Notes: generated from the letters alone by a model not told the origin. A stretch of 64,000 nucleotides of DNA from Octopus vulgaris (GCA_951406725.2 OX597817.1:174468001-174532000), one strand, 5' to 3'. Numbered from the stretch's first letter, positions 39,086 to 54,260 are shown. Translations and numbers: made by a program.

Positions 39086-42000
39086 CTTAATGGGATTTAA
39101 ATATGGAAAGTAAAGGACATGAATTATATATGGCAAAGCATTTTATCTGATGCTTTAGCAATTCTGTTAATCCACTGTGTAGCCCAGTACCACTGTATGA
39201 TTAACACTGACTTCATTTACCTTGTGCTGCAGAATTCTTATCTTCCTCTGAATGTGCTTTGGTGGAAGAACAAGGGCCACCAAATTGACTTCAACTAAAC
39301 CCATAGACACACTAATGCTCCATGAAGTTCAATTCATGTTAACCTCATATATTAAAAGAAGCTTTTACAAGAAGACACCCCCAGATTTTCTTTTCATTTA
39401 CAATAATTGAAAATTTAGTTCATGTTAAAATTGTACATTTTTGATTCTGACAAAGGCCAAAAATATCTTAGGCATCTGATCTTCTTAACATAATATATAC
39501 AAAATTATTAACAGATTAAAAGATGTAGTGCTTTACATTTTCGATAAGTGGTATAGTTAATATGTACCAAGTAGTTGCAAGTAATATTGATCTTTCATGA
39601 AGACTAATGTTACCGATATCCTATATTGTGTGTGGGAAGTCTATAAAGTTGGTAAACTCATATTATTATGTTAAATATTCCCAAGATTATGTCTTAAACC
39701 TCTTGCAATTTCCTGATTTTGCCATACTTTCTCACTATATAGGCCTATTTACAAACCAGTGGGGGAGCCTTTATACAGTTGCTCAACCTGATAGAAATAT
39801 TACTCAAATCTCCCTCTGTACTTTGTTCATTCTATTGTTTTATGTTTGTCTTTCCATGTTTGCATGAGTTGGACAAATATGTTATTTAAAGAGGAAGAGG
39901 AAGAAGAAGGTATTATTTTACAGTCAGATGCCCTTTCTGTTGTTAACCCTTGTTTCTCATGTGAGGGATCACATATTCCATACGACTTTAAAGGCACTAA
40001 GTGCCCAGACAATTTGTCAATAGAGCAAACTTACCACAACACTGCCCACTGCACTGTCATACAAGCACAAGACAAGACACATATATACACACACATGTGC
40101 ATGTACATATACACATACATACATACATACATGTACATATACACATACACACCTGTATAGCTGCACATCTACCTAAATACACGCACATGCACATGTATAC
40201 ATGGCAATCTTTCTTTCACTTTCTGTCTTCCAAATTCACTCACAAGGCTTTCATCAGCCTGTTGCTCTAGTAGAAGACACTTGTCCGAGAGGCCTTGCAC
40301 TGGGTCACACCTGAAACCATGTGATTAGGAAGTGAACCTCTCAACCATTTGACCATGCCTACACCTGTACTATCTTCTAAAAATATTATGTAATGCAAAA
40401 TACATAATAGTACCTGAAAAACAGATTGTGTGGTCATGGCTGGAAGGCTTTTGATTATATGCCCTCTTTATGAAGACTGACCAGAAACTAAATGATTACC
40501 TGTATCTAACAACAAAGTGACTATTTACGGTTCTCTCTCTCTCTCTCTCTCTGGCTGGGTAACCATGTACCTCCTCTACAGTAAGGCACCTATTTCTGTC
40601 TTTCTGTTACATCATCTCTGTTTCATAATCTAACACAAGATCACCTTCTTCAATATCCACTCCCTTCTCAAAGATTCCTTGTTTTGCAAGTTACTTGGTG
40701 ACCCTACTAGTGTTGGTGCCACTTAAAAAGCATCCATTCCACACTGTAAAGTAGTTGGCATTTGGAAGGACATCCAGCTGTAAAAACCATGCCAAAACTG
40801 ACCTTGCCTGTGTGTGATTGCTGACCTTGCCTGCAGGGTGATTGCTGTTAGGAAGGGCACCCAGCAATAAAAACCATGCCAAACAGATACAGAAGTCTGG
40901 TGCCGTCTTCTGCCTGGCCTGCTCCTGTCAAACCATCCAACCCATGCCAGCGTGGAAGGAAGACATTAAATGATGATGATGATATGCATAGGTATATAGG
41001 CACAAGTGTGGCTGTGTGGTAAGAAGCTTATTTCCCAACCTCTTAGTTCTGGTTTCAGTCCCCTTGCATGGCACCTTGCGCAAGTGTCTCCTATAGTCCC
41101 ATGCTGACCAAAATCTTATCAATGGATTTGGTAGATAGAAACTGAAAGAAACCTGTGTGTGTGTGTGTGTGCGTGTGTTTGTGTGTGTGTACACGCACAT
41201 TTTGCTGTGTCCTTGACTAGTATTTGGCGCAATCATTCTCAATGCTCTCACATATCTACCATATATGATGTTTGGTCATGGGGACTTATTACCTTACTTG
41301 GTAAATAGGTGAGGGCTGGTAACAGGAAAGACATCCAGCCATAGAAAATGCATCTCAAATAAATTCTGTCTGGAACATGTAAGCATGAAAAAGTGGATGT
41401 TAAACTGACGATGATGGTGGTGATGATGAGAATTTATTTTCAGTTTTTTTCCTCCACCCCACTTTGTATTAAGAAAAGCTTTGGGTTCATTTTTCGTGTA
41501 ATAGTAGCAGACAAAAAATGATACTTTGAACAGAATTCTAGGTTAGTATCAACTAATAGACAGATAAGACAAGTAAAATTTTCAATAGTGTTTCTCTAAT
41601 AACAATCACATATCTTTATATATGTACATATGTAGTAAGAAAACAAAAGAAAAAAATATATATATATATATATAAATAATGAATATAAAAGAATGTTTTA
41701 ACAAACAGAACTTTACAGAGCACAGCTTGAAATCAGAAAATGTCAGTAAAGAAATAAAAGGAAAAAATTGAAAGAAAAATAAAAAGAAAAGGAGAGAGAA
41801 GCTTTGTTGGGTTGAAATCTATGTTTTTTTTTCTTTTTGTTTCTTTCATCATCTTTTAGCTTGATGTAACACTATACATTCTTCCTTTAGTAAGATGTAA
41901 CATTAACTATGTAGAAAAAGCCAGGATAAAAAAAGAAAAAAAGTACAATCTGATGAAACATGATTCAATCAGAAATAAATATCAAACTAACAGGAATTAA

Positions 42001-43345
42001 AAAGAAAGTTATGTCAATGAGTGAATATATATATATAATAAAAAAAAAGAGTTATCTTAACTAAATTAGAATGTCTCCACTGTGTGTTGTTCGTTACTTT
42101 TCTTTATTAAGTAGTTCCTAATCAAGATTTCATACTTCATTCACCTGATTTATTAGAAATTAAGATATTTTGGCTTTGTTTTTTTTTATTTTGTCTTAGG
42201 CTTTTTTTTTATATTCTTTTATTCTTTAATCTCCCCCCCCCCCCCCCGCCACACACACTTAGATACAGTTTTTGAAAGTGTTTCTTTAATTTCCTGTCTT
42301 AGAAGTTTGAAAAGAAAAACTACATTGTTGAACTTAGAAATATCAACATCTGCTCTGAGATAGTCTGCCACCACCACCACTACCACCACCACCACCACCA
42401 CCACCACATCATCATCATCATCATTTAATGTCCATTTTCCCATGTTGGCATGGGTTGGACAGATTGACAGAATCTGACAAGCTGCAGGACTGCAATGAGT
42501 TCCAGTGTCAGCTCTAGCATGGTTTCTATAGCTGGATGCCCTTCCTAACACTGACTGCTTTGCAATGTGTACTGGTTGCTTTTTCCTTCATGTCACTGGC
42601 ACAAGTGAGGTTAGCAAAAAGCCCCCTTGTCTGAATGCATACAGGTGTGTATTTGAGAGAAATAGAGGTGGTTTTGTACTGGGTATCAAAAGGCCAAAGT
42701 ATGATAGAGGGACAAATTCAGGTGTCTTGTTTTATAGGAGAACCGTGGCTATCTGCATGATATAAAAGTGGGTGGGAATGGTGAGAAGGAAGATAAAGAC
42801 TATATCCCTGTTCACTCACCATTGGCATTTAAGGATATAACATTACATGGATCAAATTTTGAATTTTAAAATTGGAATCAAATTCTTTAATCCTTTAGCA
42901 TTCAGATTACTCTTTACATTCTGAGTTTAAATTTTGCGAAGGTCAACTTTATTTTAAATCTTTTTGGGGTCAATAAAGTAAAGTACCAGTCGAGTGTAGG
43001 GAACTGATGGTAACCACTAACCCCCTCCCTTCAAAATCCAGGTCTTGTACCTAAATTTAAAGCCAATATTTAAGACTAAATAATTCTTGTCTCTTCCTGG
43101 AATCCATTTAGCCCATTTTAGTTTGGCCACCATGTAAAACAATATAATTCCTTATTACTGGATATAATTACAATTTTGCAATGGTTGATTAAAAATACCA
43201 CATTTGTAATTTCAGGAAATAATGTCTAATCTTCATGTGTAATTTAGACGGTTACTGTAGCTAGCCTCAGTGTATTTGAGAAAACCTGGCAAAATTGCAG
43301 TTTATCTCACTAATTATGAGAGCAAATGCCTACTTAGTGGCAACT

Positions 43346-43426
43346 GTGGTGGTGGTGGTGGTTGTGGTGGTGGTGGTGGTGGTGGTGGTGGTGGTGGTTG
43401 TGGTGGTTGTGGTGGTGGTGGTGGTG
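43346..43426. repeat. (GGT)n microsatellite
   Basis: Directly visible. Confidence 0.9.
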
Positions 43427-46103
43427 ACAGAACTAGTGTTAGAGGTAAATGCTGTAAAGAAATCTGTTTATAATTATATGTTATGCTTGAGAACTAATGG
43501 GTTTAGGTGTTTTCAACTGTTGCAGAAGATGAACTCTCAGTGGCTGCCATTTGCTGCATTTTAACTATTTAACCTGCATTATCCACAAAGGAAAAAAGAA
43601 AAAAAATGAAAATATATAAAAATGAAAAAATAAATACTGATCAGTATAATAACGTATTAATCTAAATTTTCTGAGTATTTTTTGTATATTAGGAAAAAAA
43701 GTTTTTTAAATCCATCTTAGTGGGTGGTTTCAATTACACAACATAACATACATTTGCTATCTAACATATCTGAACCAGGTCTCTGGGAAATGTACTTAAT
43801 ATTTCCTTGCAAAGCCTTAATTGCAGAGAAAGGAATAGCTTATGGTGCTAACAGCTTGCTCTTTGTATTACAAGGAAACTATAAATTGTACTAAATATAG
43901 TTGTTTTTATAAAACCTATCTAAAGGACTGATATCTCTTTGCAATGTTTTTTTCCGACTTTTTGTTTAGGGTATTTACACAAGTTTAATCACTCCTTTAT
44001 TCATTTTATCTTCTTCAGCATCCTGATTATCTATTATAGGAATTCCAAACACTTTTGGTCCCTCTGTCCCTTTCACTTCTACCCACTTCATATCTTCAAG
44101 GTCCATACACCTCATTACCCCTACTTTTATTTCTGTCTAGCTCCACCCCAATCTCTCCCACTCTTTCTTCTAAAACATGGGTAGTTATGAAGGCCCTGTA
44201 CAGCAAGAAGACCTCTTCTCTCATAATTCTATCCCTCATAAAGATACCTTTTTAGGGCTTTGTAGTTTTGTAAGCTGCATGGCAATCTCACTAGTGCTGG
44301 CGGTACAAAAAAGCACCCAGTACATGCTATAAAGAGGCTGGCACTAGTAAGGGCTTCCAACTGCAGAAACAATGCCAAAGCAGATATTGGAGCAAGATGT
44401 AGTCCTTGGTTCATCAAACTGCCCAAACCCATGCTACCATAGAATATAGGGATTAAATAACGATGGTTTTTGCCAAAAGCTTTACTTCAAATTCAACTTC
44501 CAATACTTATAATCCTATATCATTATTCTTACCATTTTTCTTTTATTCCTCCCCTGTATTTCTTTTGCCAGTTGTCTATATATCACCAAGCTTAAAGAAA
44601 ATTTATGGATGCTAAATTTTTCCTTTGAATAATATATTTTTCTTTCAGATTTTGTAATCTGGATACACGCCCTTCTATGCTTTGTCTCCAAGTTAGTAAG
44701 TCTCATAAAGCTCACCAGCTTTCACATAATTAATTTTTCTTGTTCTAATTGTTTTGTAATTACACTTATTCCTCAAGTGATGAACATGTTCATAGTGGAA
44801 GACAATATAATTGATTGAAACAATTCCATTATTTATTCAATTAGCCTCATAAAGACAGAGTGCAGTTGACCTCTGGCAGAATTTGAACTTGGAATATAGT
44901 GACGAAATTAGATATTGTTTAGCATTTTGTCTGAGTTTTACTCTCCCATTTCTGTTGCTAACTCGATCACCTCAGATTTTAATGTCAAAACTTCTCAAAC
45001 TAACACTTCACAGCACTTTCTTCATTGGTCACTCTAAGCATATTTAGTTTGATGTTGTTTCAAAATTTCTGAGTTCTCTCTACCTCTCTTGTTAAGTTCT
45101 TAATTTAACTTATCAATGAACTCTTTTCTGCACTGCCAGTCATCTCTTCCTCAACCCTACCTCCCCCAACTCCTGTATCATTGGCCATCTCCCACTCCTT
45201 ATCCACCATACACAACATTCTCCCTTCAAACCTATCTAATCTTTACAACTGTTGCCTATAGCTTCTCTACTCATCCAGTTCCCTAGCTCTCATTCTCTCA
45301 TACACTCTTGCAGTCTCCACCTGCCCACACTCTTGGTTCTTCACTTCTTGCCCATACCACAAAGGTCCATCCATTCACCTCATCATCACTATGTTTATCT
45401 CTTTTCATTCCCGTCTGATCACCCTTATTTTCTCTCCACTAAAATGTGAGCTCTTCTACAGCAAGAAACCTGTTCTGCCATGGCCCCTTGTCTCATACTT
45501 TAACTTCTCATCTCATCTCCAGTGTAAAGGCCACCCCTCTCAGGATTCAGAGGCTTTTGTAAGCTGCATGGTGACTGCACTAGTGCTGGTGCTTAAAAAG
45601 GCAACCAGCACATACTACAAACTGATTGACATTATGAAGGGTATCCAACCTCAGAAAAACATACTGAAGCAGATATTGAAGGACAATGCTGTCCTTCAAT
45701 CCATCAGATCCTATCAAACTCTCCAACTCATCTCAGCATGGGACATGGATATTAAATAACGATGATGATGATACACACACACACACCCACACACACACAC
45801 ACGTACATTTAAGTCACATTATATGGTTTCAAGTAATCCAGTAGTACTCATAGAAAAGCTCCTTAATGTATCATTCTACAAAACATTCTACATAACACCT
45901 GAGGATGTAGCTTAAATTCTGCATTATTTTGGAAGCTTTTTTTGCATTTTGCATTAATGCAGATATGTAAGCAATTCATTTATTATTAAATATAATAATA
46001 TAAATTATTTACATGTTTTAGGTTACGAAACAATTTGCCATGATATTAGAATTTTCTTAATGTTAAATAAAATTTCATCAAACTATTTCTCTGTCATTTA
46101 TAT

Positions 46104-46135
<32 letters not shown>

Positions 46136-46509
46136 TTGGACACTGGGCTACTTTTCGGATGCTGGGCCTCACTGAAGAAATGACGAGGGGCTGGGAGATG
46201 TGGCAGTTTGCTGTACTTGGTAAGAAAATCAAGCTAAGTGAACTCGTTGTCTTCCACCACACATACAGGTTTGTTCTTTTAGGTTTGTTCTGTGTTGGTG
46301 CTGTGTTAACACACCCATCCTTGTGACAATTAAAAAAAACCATCCAGCACACTCTGTTAAGTGGTTGGTGTTAGCAAGGCCATCCAGCTATAGAAACCAT
46401 AACAGACAATAGGAGTTTGGACAGCTCCCTGCAGGCCCACTACATGTCAAACTGTCCAACCCATGCCAACATGGATAGCAGACATGATAATAATATATAT
46501 ACATATATA

Positions 46510-46940
46510 ACTCCAAGAAAGTTAGGGGTTGTGGGTTCAACCATCTAAGGGATAATATCTATCCAATATACTGCTGGTAGAATACCCAATTATTAATACA
46601 CAAGTGTTTTTTATTGCATTGCAATTACATTTCCAAGTGTACTAAATGGGTGAAGGTAAAGAGATATTTTACCATTAATTTATATAGCAATAAGAAAATG
46701 GAGAAGCACAATAGTTGGTTCATCAACTTTTAGACATTAAGATGTTAACTTATTTATTTTGATAATTTATATTCATGTTTTTTTTTAATAATTGTTTGTA
46801 TTCTTATTTTATATGCATAGAATAATATGCTATATGTATGTCTGTTATTATAATTATCATTTTAATAAATAAGTTAACATTTTAATGTCCTAAAGTTGAT
46901 GAACCAACTATTGTGCTTCTCCATTTACTTATTTGCGATA
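46510..46940. repeat. Inverted-repeat element in a (TA)n site, Penelope-like architecture
   Basis: ~80-bp arms at ~46687-46768 and ~46851-46937 (ggagaagcacaatagttggttcatcaactt and its inverse). No hammerhead core seen. Confidence 0.55.
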
Positions 46941-48063
46941 TACATATATATCTATTCTTTTATTCTTTTACTTGTTTCAGTCATTTGACTGCAGCCATGC
47001 TGGAGCACCACCTTTAGTTGAACAAATCGACTCCAAGACTTATTCTTTGTAAGTCTGGGACTTATTCTATCGGTCTCTATTGCCAAACTGCTAAGTTATG
47101 AGGATGTAAACACACCAACATTGGTTGTCAAGCAATGGTGGAGGGACAAACACAGACACACAAATACACACACACACATGACGGGCTTCTTTCAGTTTCT
47201 GCCTACCAAATCCACTCACAAGGCTTTCATCAGCCCAAGGCCATAGTAGAAGACACTTGCCCAAGATGCCATGCAGTGGGACTGAACTCAGAACCATGTG
47301 ATTGGGGAGCAAGCTTCTTACCACACAGCTACTCCTACAATGCATTAATTTTGGGGATGGGAGTGGTTCCCCCCACTCCGTCTCTTTTGCTTTTCTTCTC
47401 TTATTATTACATATTTCTGTAAGGTGGTGAGCTGGCAGAACTGTTACGGTGCTGGGCAAAATTCTTAGCGGCATTTCGTCTGTCTTTATGTTCTGAGTTC
47501 AAATTCCACCAGGGTCAACTTTGCCTTTCAACCTTTCAGGGTTGATAAAATAAGTACCAGTTGAACACTGGGGTTGAGGTAGTCAAGTTGCCACCTCCTT
47601 CAAAATTGCTGGCCTTGTGCCGAAATTCAAAACTATTATTGCCTATTTCTGCATCGTATTTTTATCCTATGCTCTTACTTCTCTGCTGCTGCTCTCTGCC
47701 TGTCTGTCTGTCTGTCTCTCTCTCTCTCTGTGTCTCACTACTCTTCTGTTCTAGACATTTCCCCATTGTCTCTCTTCTACTCCTCCTTCATCACCATTTG
47801 TTTTTGCTATCTCTAACCCCTCCCCCCCCACAATCATCTTCATACCTTTCAGAAATTTATTTTTATTTTCTATAAAAAAATATACACACACACACTCACA
47901 CACATGCACGGTGCATGCTCCCCCACACCTCTCTCCCTTTCTTACATGAAAACAATACGTATGTGTGTGTATATATGTATGTATGTATATGCATACATAT
48001 ATATATTCATATATATATATATATATATACGCACACACACATTTGTACATGTATGTATGTATG

Positions 48064-48220
<157 letters not shown>

Positions 48221-48969
48221 AATACCTATGCTTCATTTCTCTATTGTTATTCTCTTGTACATACTACATAGGTGTACACACACAAACATACTTCTCCCTC
48301 CTCTGTGATTGAGTCTGTACGCGACACTGGCTGCTGGAAAGCAGAAAGTCTGTCTGGACTGCTAATGGCTTTTCCACAGCTTATTCGCTGTCTGTTTTGT
48401 TATAGATTTACATCATTCTTGTATTCAGTCAGCAACAAATGACGTGGAACAGCTTTTATGTCTCTTTAACCAGAGACCAAATAAATAAATAAATAAATAA
48501 ATAAAAACACCAATTTTCCTTTTTAAAAATATATAAATAATCGCATAAAGAATTGGACAGTATGAATGTATACATGCATGCACCTCCTCTCTCTGTTTCT
48601 CTTCCTCTTCTCTCTCCACCTCTCTCTCTATATATATGTATACACACACACACACACTATATATATATATACACACACACATACATACCTGTGCATGCGC
48701 ACACACACGTCTATATATGAATGTATGTTTGTGTGAATGTGCTCATATTATTTTCCATATATTTTATGTTTCCGGTTTTGATTCCGACTATGAGTATTCT
48801 GGTTGTTTCGGTCAACATTGTATGGTAATAAACCTAGCTAAGTATTTCGCAAATATTTATATCTTTGTCGTAAATTGCCGATATGCTGAGTATAATAGCA
48901 TTGGTGAAAAAAAACCATATGTATGTGTGTGTGTATGTGTATACATACATATATGTATATATCTTTATT

Positions 48970-49015
<46 letters not shown>

Positions 49016-49415
49016 TGTATGTATATATATCTCAACATCATCAATATCATTTTAATGTCCACTTTTCCATATTTGCATTCATTGCAGCAAATTCTCTGCT
49101 GCCAAATGACCATTTTGCTTGCCAACCCTCACATTTCCAAGCAAGGTAATATTTCCCCATGTCCAAACATCGGAACGTTGAACATTGGAAGCAAAAACTG
49201 CTGCATATATGATAGTGGTGCACATTTACAACCTACATGTGATGTAATAGCAAAGAACCCCTCCTCCTCCACATGCACACATGCATGCATACAGTGGTCT
49301 TCCTACAGTTTCCATTTACCAAACTCATTAACAATGATTAGTTGACTTAGAGGTGGAGGGCAGCTGTAGAAAGCATCAACCCAAAATGTCATATATTTTG
49401 ACTGTATATATACAG

Positions 49416-49481
<66 letters not shown>

Positions 49482-49651
49482 ACACACACATATACCAGAG
49501 TGAGCACATAAATGTGAAACAAGATGAGAAGCAATAGTACTCGAATACTGGAGGTAGAGTGCTATGCTTTATTATTAAAGCTGCAAAAACATCATCAAAA
49601 TCTGCTACTCAGAGTTTCACGTTCCTGTTCATTGGGAATTCTCAATCAAAA

Positions 49652-49689
49652 CTGTCTGACAAACAGCAAAGTGAAACTCTGAGTAGCAG
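49652..49689 (+). ncRNA. Minimal type-I hammerhead motif (G8 changed to A) inside an inverted-repeat element spanning ~49500-49740
   Basis: ctgt-CTGACAA-ac/gt stem II-GAA-ACTC-t-GAGT-A-gcag. Stem I ctgt/gcag pairs. An inverted partial copy lies at 49602-49636. Confidence 0.55.
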
Positions 49690-50134
49690 ATTTTTGTAGT
49701 TTTTTGTGATGTTTTTACAGCTTTAATAATAAAGTGTGTATAGGAGTGGCTGTGTGATAGGTAGCTGGGCGCAGGAGTGGTAAGTAGCTTGCTTACCAAC
49801 CACATAGTTCTGAGTTCAGTCCCACTGCGTGGCACCTTGGGCAAGTATCTTCTACTATAGCCTCGGGCCAACCAAAGTCTTCTGAGTGGATTTGGTAGAC
49901 AGAAACTGAAAGAAGCCCATCGTATATATATACATATATATGTATGTATATGTTTGTGTGTCTGTGTTTGTCCCCCCAACATCTCTTGACAACTGATAGT
50001 GGTTCGGCAAGAGAGCCCAATAGAATAAGTACTAGGCTTACAGAAAATAAGTCCTGGGGTCGATTTGCTCAACTAAAGGTGGTGCTGCAGCATAGCTGCA
50101 GTCAAATGACTGAAACAAGTAAAACAATGAAAGA

Positions 50135-50165
<31 letters not shown>

Positions 50166-50208
50166 TTATAAAACTATACATAGACACACACACACACACA
50201 CACACACG

Positions 50209-50275
<67 letters not shown>

Positions 50276-50774
50276 ACACAATTTCTTTAAACTGAATTGC
50301 TTGCTTTCTCAAGTTTCATGCTGAAATGATTATCAGGCCAGTTTTCGCCCGATGATCCCTTTGGTTTGAGACTCGTCATATGAAAGAGAATTCACTTTGA
50401 ATATAATATATATTCTCCATGTATTGATGTCTTCTTTCCTCATTCATTGACAGGCAGTAACATTTGTGAACACATTTACACATACACAGACATATATTCT
50501 TATCTCCTTGGATAAATGCTGTCGCTGCCACCTGGATGTTTTTAATCTTGTGGGTTGCATGGCTACGTCAGTGGTGTTGGTAGCACAAACAAAAACACTG
50601 AGTACATGCTGTAAAGTTGTTGGTATTAGGAAGAGCATCCAGCCACAGAAGCCATGCGAAGGCAGCTACTGGTGCCGAATGTAGTTCTTAGACTCCTCAA
50701 ATCTTGTCAAATTGTTTAACCCATGCCAGCATAGAACATGGTCTTTAATGATGTCTTTAATGATGATGATGACT

Positions 50775-51135
50775 CTGAGCACCTTTTCAAACTCCATCTG
50801 TCTAACACCCATGGACATGTTTACGAAGTCAGAAAACAGCACAGCTCCCATGACTTTCGGAAACATTTTTTCACGCTAAGAGTTGCTGAAGCATGGAACA
50901 AACTGCCAGCATCAGTTGTTAGTTGTCGGAGCACTGCATCCTTCAAAACCTCCATGCTTCCTGAGATTCACCAACACTACACCTGATTTTCTCCCCTCCA
51001 TACACATGCAAGCATGTATCTGACTCATACACTGTTCACTTTCTAGACATTTGTACATTACTGCATATGCTTTATATGCACTTTTGACAAGTTGTGGTGC
51101 ACCTGAGCACTGTATACAATAATTTCATTATCATT
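50775..51135 (+). mobile_element. CR1-like LINE 3' end
   Basis: SNTHGHVYEVRKQ...RKHFFTLRVAEAWNKLPASVVSC.S..SFK, followed by a 3' UTR and an att-type tail. Confidence 0.8.
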
Positions 51136-51145
51136 TTATATGTAC

Positions 51146-51178
<33 letters not shown>

Positions 51179-52020
51179 TGCATTCATGTGCGTGTTTGTC
51201 TTTGTGTGTCTTCACACAGGTACCGCTTGGTTGACATTTATGCCTCCCATAAGCAGAATGTACTATGCCACTTCAACATGTAGAGATATGAGATGAAGTA
51301 GCTTACTTGAAACAAGAGTTGGCATCAGGAATGAAACCTGGCTGGCTATGGAGTACTGCTTCAGGAACTTTTGTCCAGTCGAGTCCATGCCAACATAGAA
51401 AAACAAAGATAACAAGAAAATTACAGCAAAGCAATGTGAAAGTGGTGTCAGACGTGGCATGCAGACCATCATATAACTTGTCTGACATTGCGCTTTTACC
51501 CTTCTCTTCCATTTCATCAATTCAGTGTGCACATGCACATCCAGTTTCTATTCAGAATTGTTTACAGATCACAACCGTCTCATGAACCTGTGGTCGTGAG
51601 GCGTGCTTCACACTCTGATGGCCATGTAAAAAAATGATGATGACTATGCATTGATGTGTTCACACATTAATTATGTTAACACTAAATTATTCACTCTATT
51701 ATTTTAGACATGTTTACTTTTTAACTATTAGAGATGTATGATAAAAGTGAGCAACAGGCAGTTCTCATAATCCTGTAGTGCTTGGATAAAGAGGATAGAG
51801 ATCCAGCGGATTAATTTGGATATTTTTGAGGATGATCAAACAGGCCAAGTGATCAAAGAGAAAGGAAACCTGAAAATGGGAAAAAAATGAAAATTGTTTT
51901 TCTCACTTCCTACTCATCCAACAACACCAAAGTGTAGAAAATATAATTAAATTATTATGCATTATGATACAATGATATAACAAAAGATATAATTAATTAA
52001 CTTTGTGTTTTAATTTTCAG

Positions 52021-52247
52021 GAGTGTTAACACCGGTTCAAATGGACAAGCTTCGACGCAAGCAAAACATCTTGCACAAATTTATTGATGAGATTGCCATG
52101 TATCTAATAAATAAAAATGGAATCGACACATCTCTTGGTGGAATGGAAGATCCAAGTTGGCAGGATGCATTTAGTGGTTCCTTTGAAACTTTTGATACAT
52201 CAAAAACTACAAAGCAAAAGAAAATAACCAAACATGAAGAATTATAA
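52021..52247 (+). CDS. Terminal coding exon of the same gene, ending in ER-retention motif HEEL
   Basis: Acceptor ttttaattttcAG. Reads (R)VLTPVQMDKLRRKQNILHKFIDEIAMYLINKNGIDTSLGGMEDPSWQDAFSGSFETFDTSKTTKQKKITKHEEL-stop. L.P...D.L..K.NIL..F resembles the end of the ERp29c domain; HEEL is a KDEL-type signal. Confidence 0.8.
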
Positions 52248-52658
52248 CATCTTTTTTGTTAAAAATACCATTTCAATTCATTTTAAATCATAGATTCTTT
52301 GCAATTGCTTTACATGAAGAAGTGTACACGTCTCTTTTACTTTCCACTTAGTTCATTGTAATTCATAAATACATATCAATCTGCTTTGTTATCTTAAGAT
52401 TGTCACCTACCATAAGAAGTTTAAAACTTCATTTTGAGTTCTACAGCTTTTTCAATGGTATATGATTTTACAATTTACATGACTTTATTATTATTATTAT
52501 TTTTTTTTTATTTATTTATTTTTTGCATCTAGTAAAAATGTTAAAGAAAAATCGAGTAATTCAAATGTATTTCTTTTTCTGAAGTCTCTATTTTAATACT
52601 TTATCCTTTTATTAAAACACTCTCAAATATCTTTGGGCAATTCCATTAAAGGATAGGA

Positions 52659-52742
<84 letters not shown>

Positions 52743-53504
52743 CATCACCATCATCATCATCATTATTAGTAAGGCAGCGAGCTGGCAGAGTTGTTAGCAC
52801 ACTGGATGAAATGCTTAGTGGTATTTCACCTGTCACTATGTTCTGAGTTCAAATGCTGCTGAGGCCACCTTTGCCTTTTATCCTTTCAGGATCAATAAAT
52901 TAAGTACCAGTGAAACACTGGAGTCAATGTAATTAATTAGTCCTCTTCTGCCAAATTTCAGGCCTTGAGCCTTTAGTATCAACAATTATTATCATCATCA
53001 TTATTTGGTAACATGTATATGTAAATATATATATGTGCGTGTGCATGTGTATGAGTATATACGCATATGTGTATCTACACATACATATACATACCTTCCT
53101 ATAGTAGCTTTATATGACTATTAAAAGTAAAGTAAAACGTACTCTATACTACCTTGAGCAAAAGGAATGTGTTCTTAGTTTCCTGAAGGCTGTTTTGGAG
53201 GAAAAAACTTTAGGGTGGATTGTTTGGTTAAAATTAAGAAAACACACACACACACATTTAGAATAATAATAATAAGTTTTATCATATATAACCACCAATT
53301 AGCTGGCAGAATTGTTAGCATGCCAGGCAAAATGCTTAGCAGCATTTTGTCCTTTATGTCTGAGTTCAAATTCCATCAAGGTTGACTTTGCCTTTCATCC
53401 CTTCAGGGTCGATAAAATAAGTACCAGTTGAACACTGGGGTTGATGTAATCCTCTTCCCCAATTCCCCATTCTTCCTGGTCTTGCCCCAAAATTAGAAAC
53501 CAAT

Positions 53505-53535
<31 letters not shown>

Positions 53536-53536
<1 letters not shown>

Positions 53537-54260
53537 TACATATGAGAGGGATGACCACTATGTGGACAACCCTTATGCTAGAAGGGTGAGGTGAGGGTCT
53601 ACTTCTAGCATAAGGGTTGTCCACATAGTGGTCTTCTCTCTTATATGTATGTAATACAATTTACTGAACCTTCAGGTTTTAATATGCTAGACCACTGGTT
53701 TTAAATTAATGTTAATCAAATTAGTATCCAATTTTTCACCCTCATTTTAAATTTAAATATATATATATTCTAATAATAGAATTTTCTCCCTGATAAGCTA
53801 CAGACTTTTTCTGTAGTATTTTACTTGACAACACACGTGGATAGGCAGGGGAGGGTAATGAACCTCATTCATATTTTGAATTCGGTGGTACTAACACTGA
53901 ATATGATCTGTCTGATACCGTTAGGTGGAGAGATATGTTCAGTCATTCCAGTACCTTCGAATTTAATATTTCAATATTTAATATTGTTGGAGTCCCATGC
54001 TGATGAAGAAAATGGTTGGTAAAGTATAATTCTATATTCTTTATACCGATCTAATTCCGAAACACGCATACATGGGTGACCAGATATGGATTGATTTTCG
54101 TTGCTTTTCCTCTCTGCCTGTGTGGATTGTTTTCAAGTATTTTGGTTTTTCTGGGAGTCCCTTTTTAAAGTAGAAGAAATAGCTAAGGTTTTTGGCTGCT
54201 ATTTCTAAACTTCGGTATGTGGTAAAGCAAATCTTTGCTGAACCCTAATTCTAAAGTATA
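53536..54260 (+). mobile_element. Penelope-like/retrozyme-like element with 5' hairpin and hammerhead
   Basis: ~50-bp inverted arms within 53536-53650, family motif tatgctagaccactgg at ~53683, hammerhead at 53994-54076, (TA)n flanks. Confidence 0.65.
53994..54076 (+). ncRNA. Type-I hammerhead ribozyme motif
   Basis: Stem I CCCATG/CATGGG (perfect), CTGATGA, long stem II hairpin, GAAA, CACGCA (a plausible CpG-decayed CGCGCG palindrome) and TA at the cleavage position. Confidence 0.7.

Noticed and set aside
50320-50390. Hammerhead-like ATGACGA...CGAAA on the minus strand
   Set aside because: C3 is absent and stems I and III are unconvincing.
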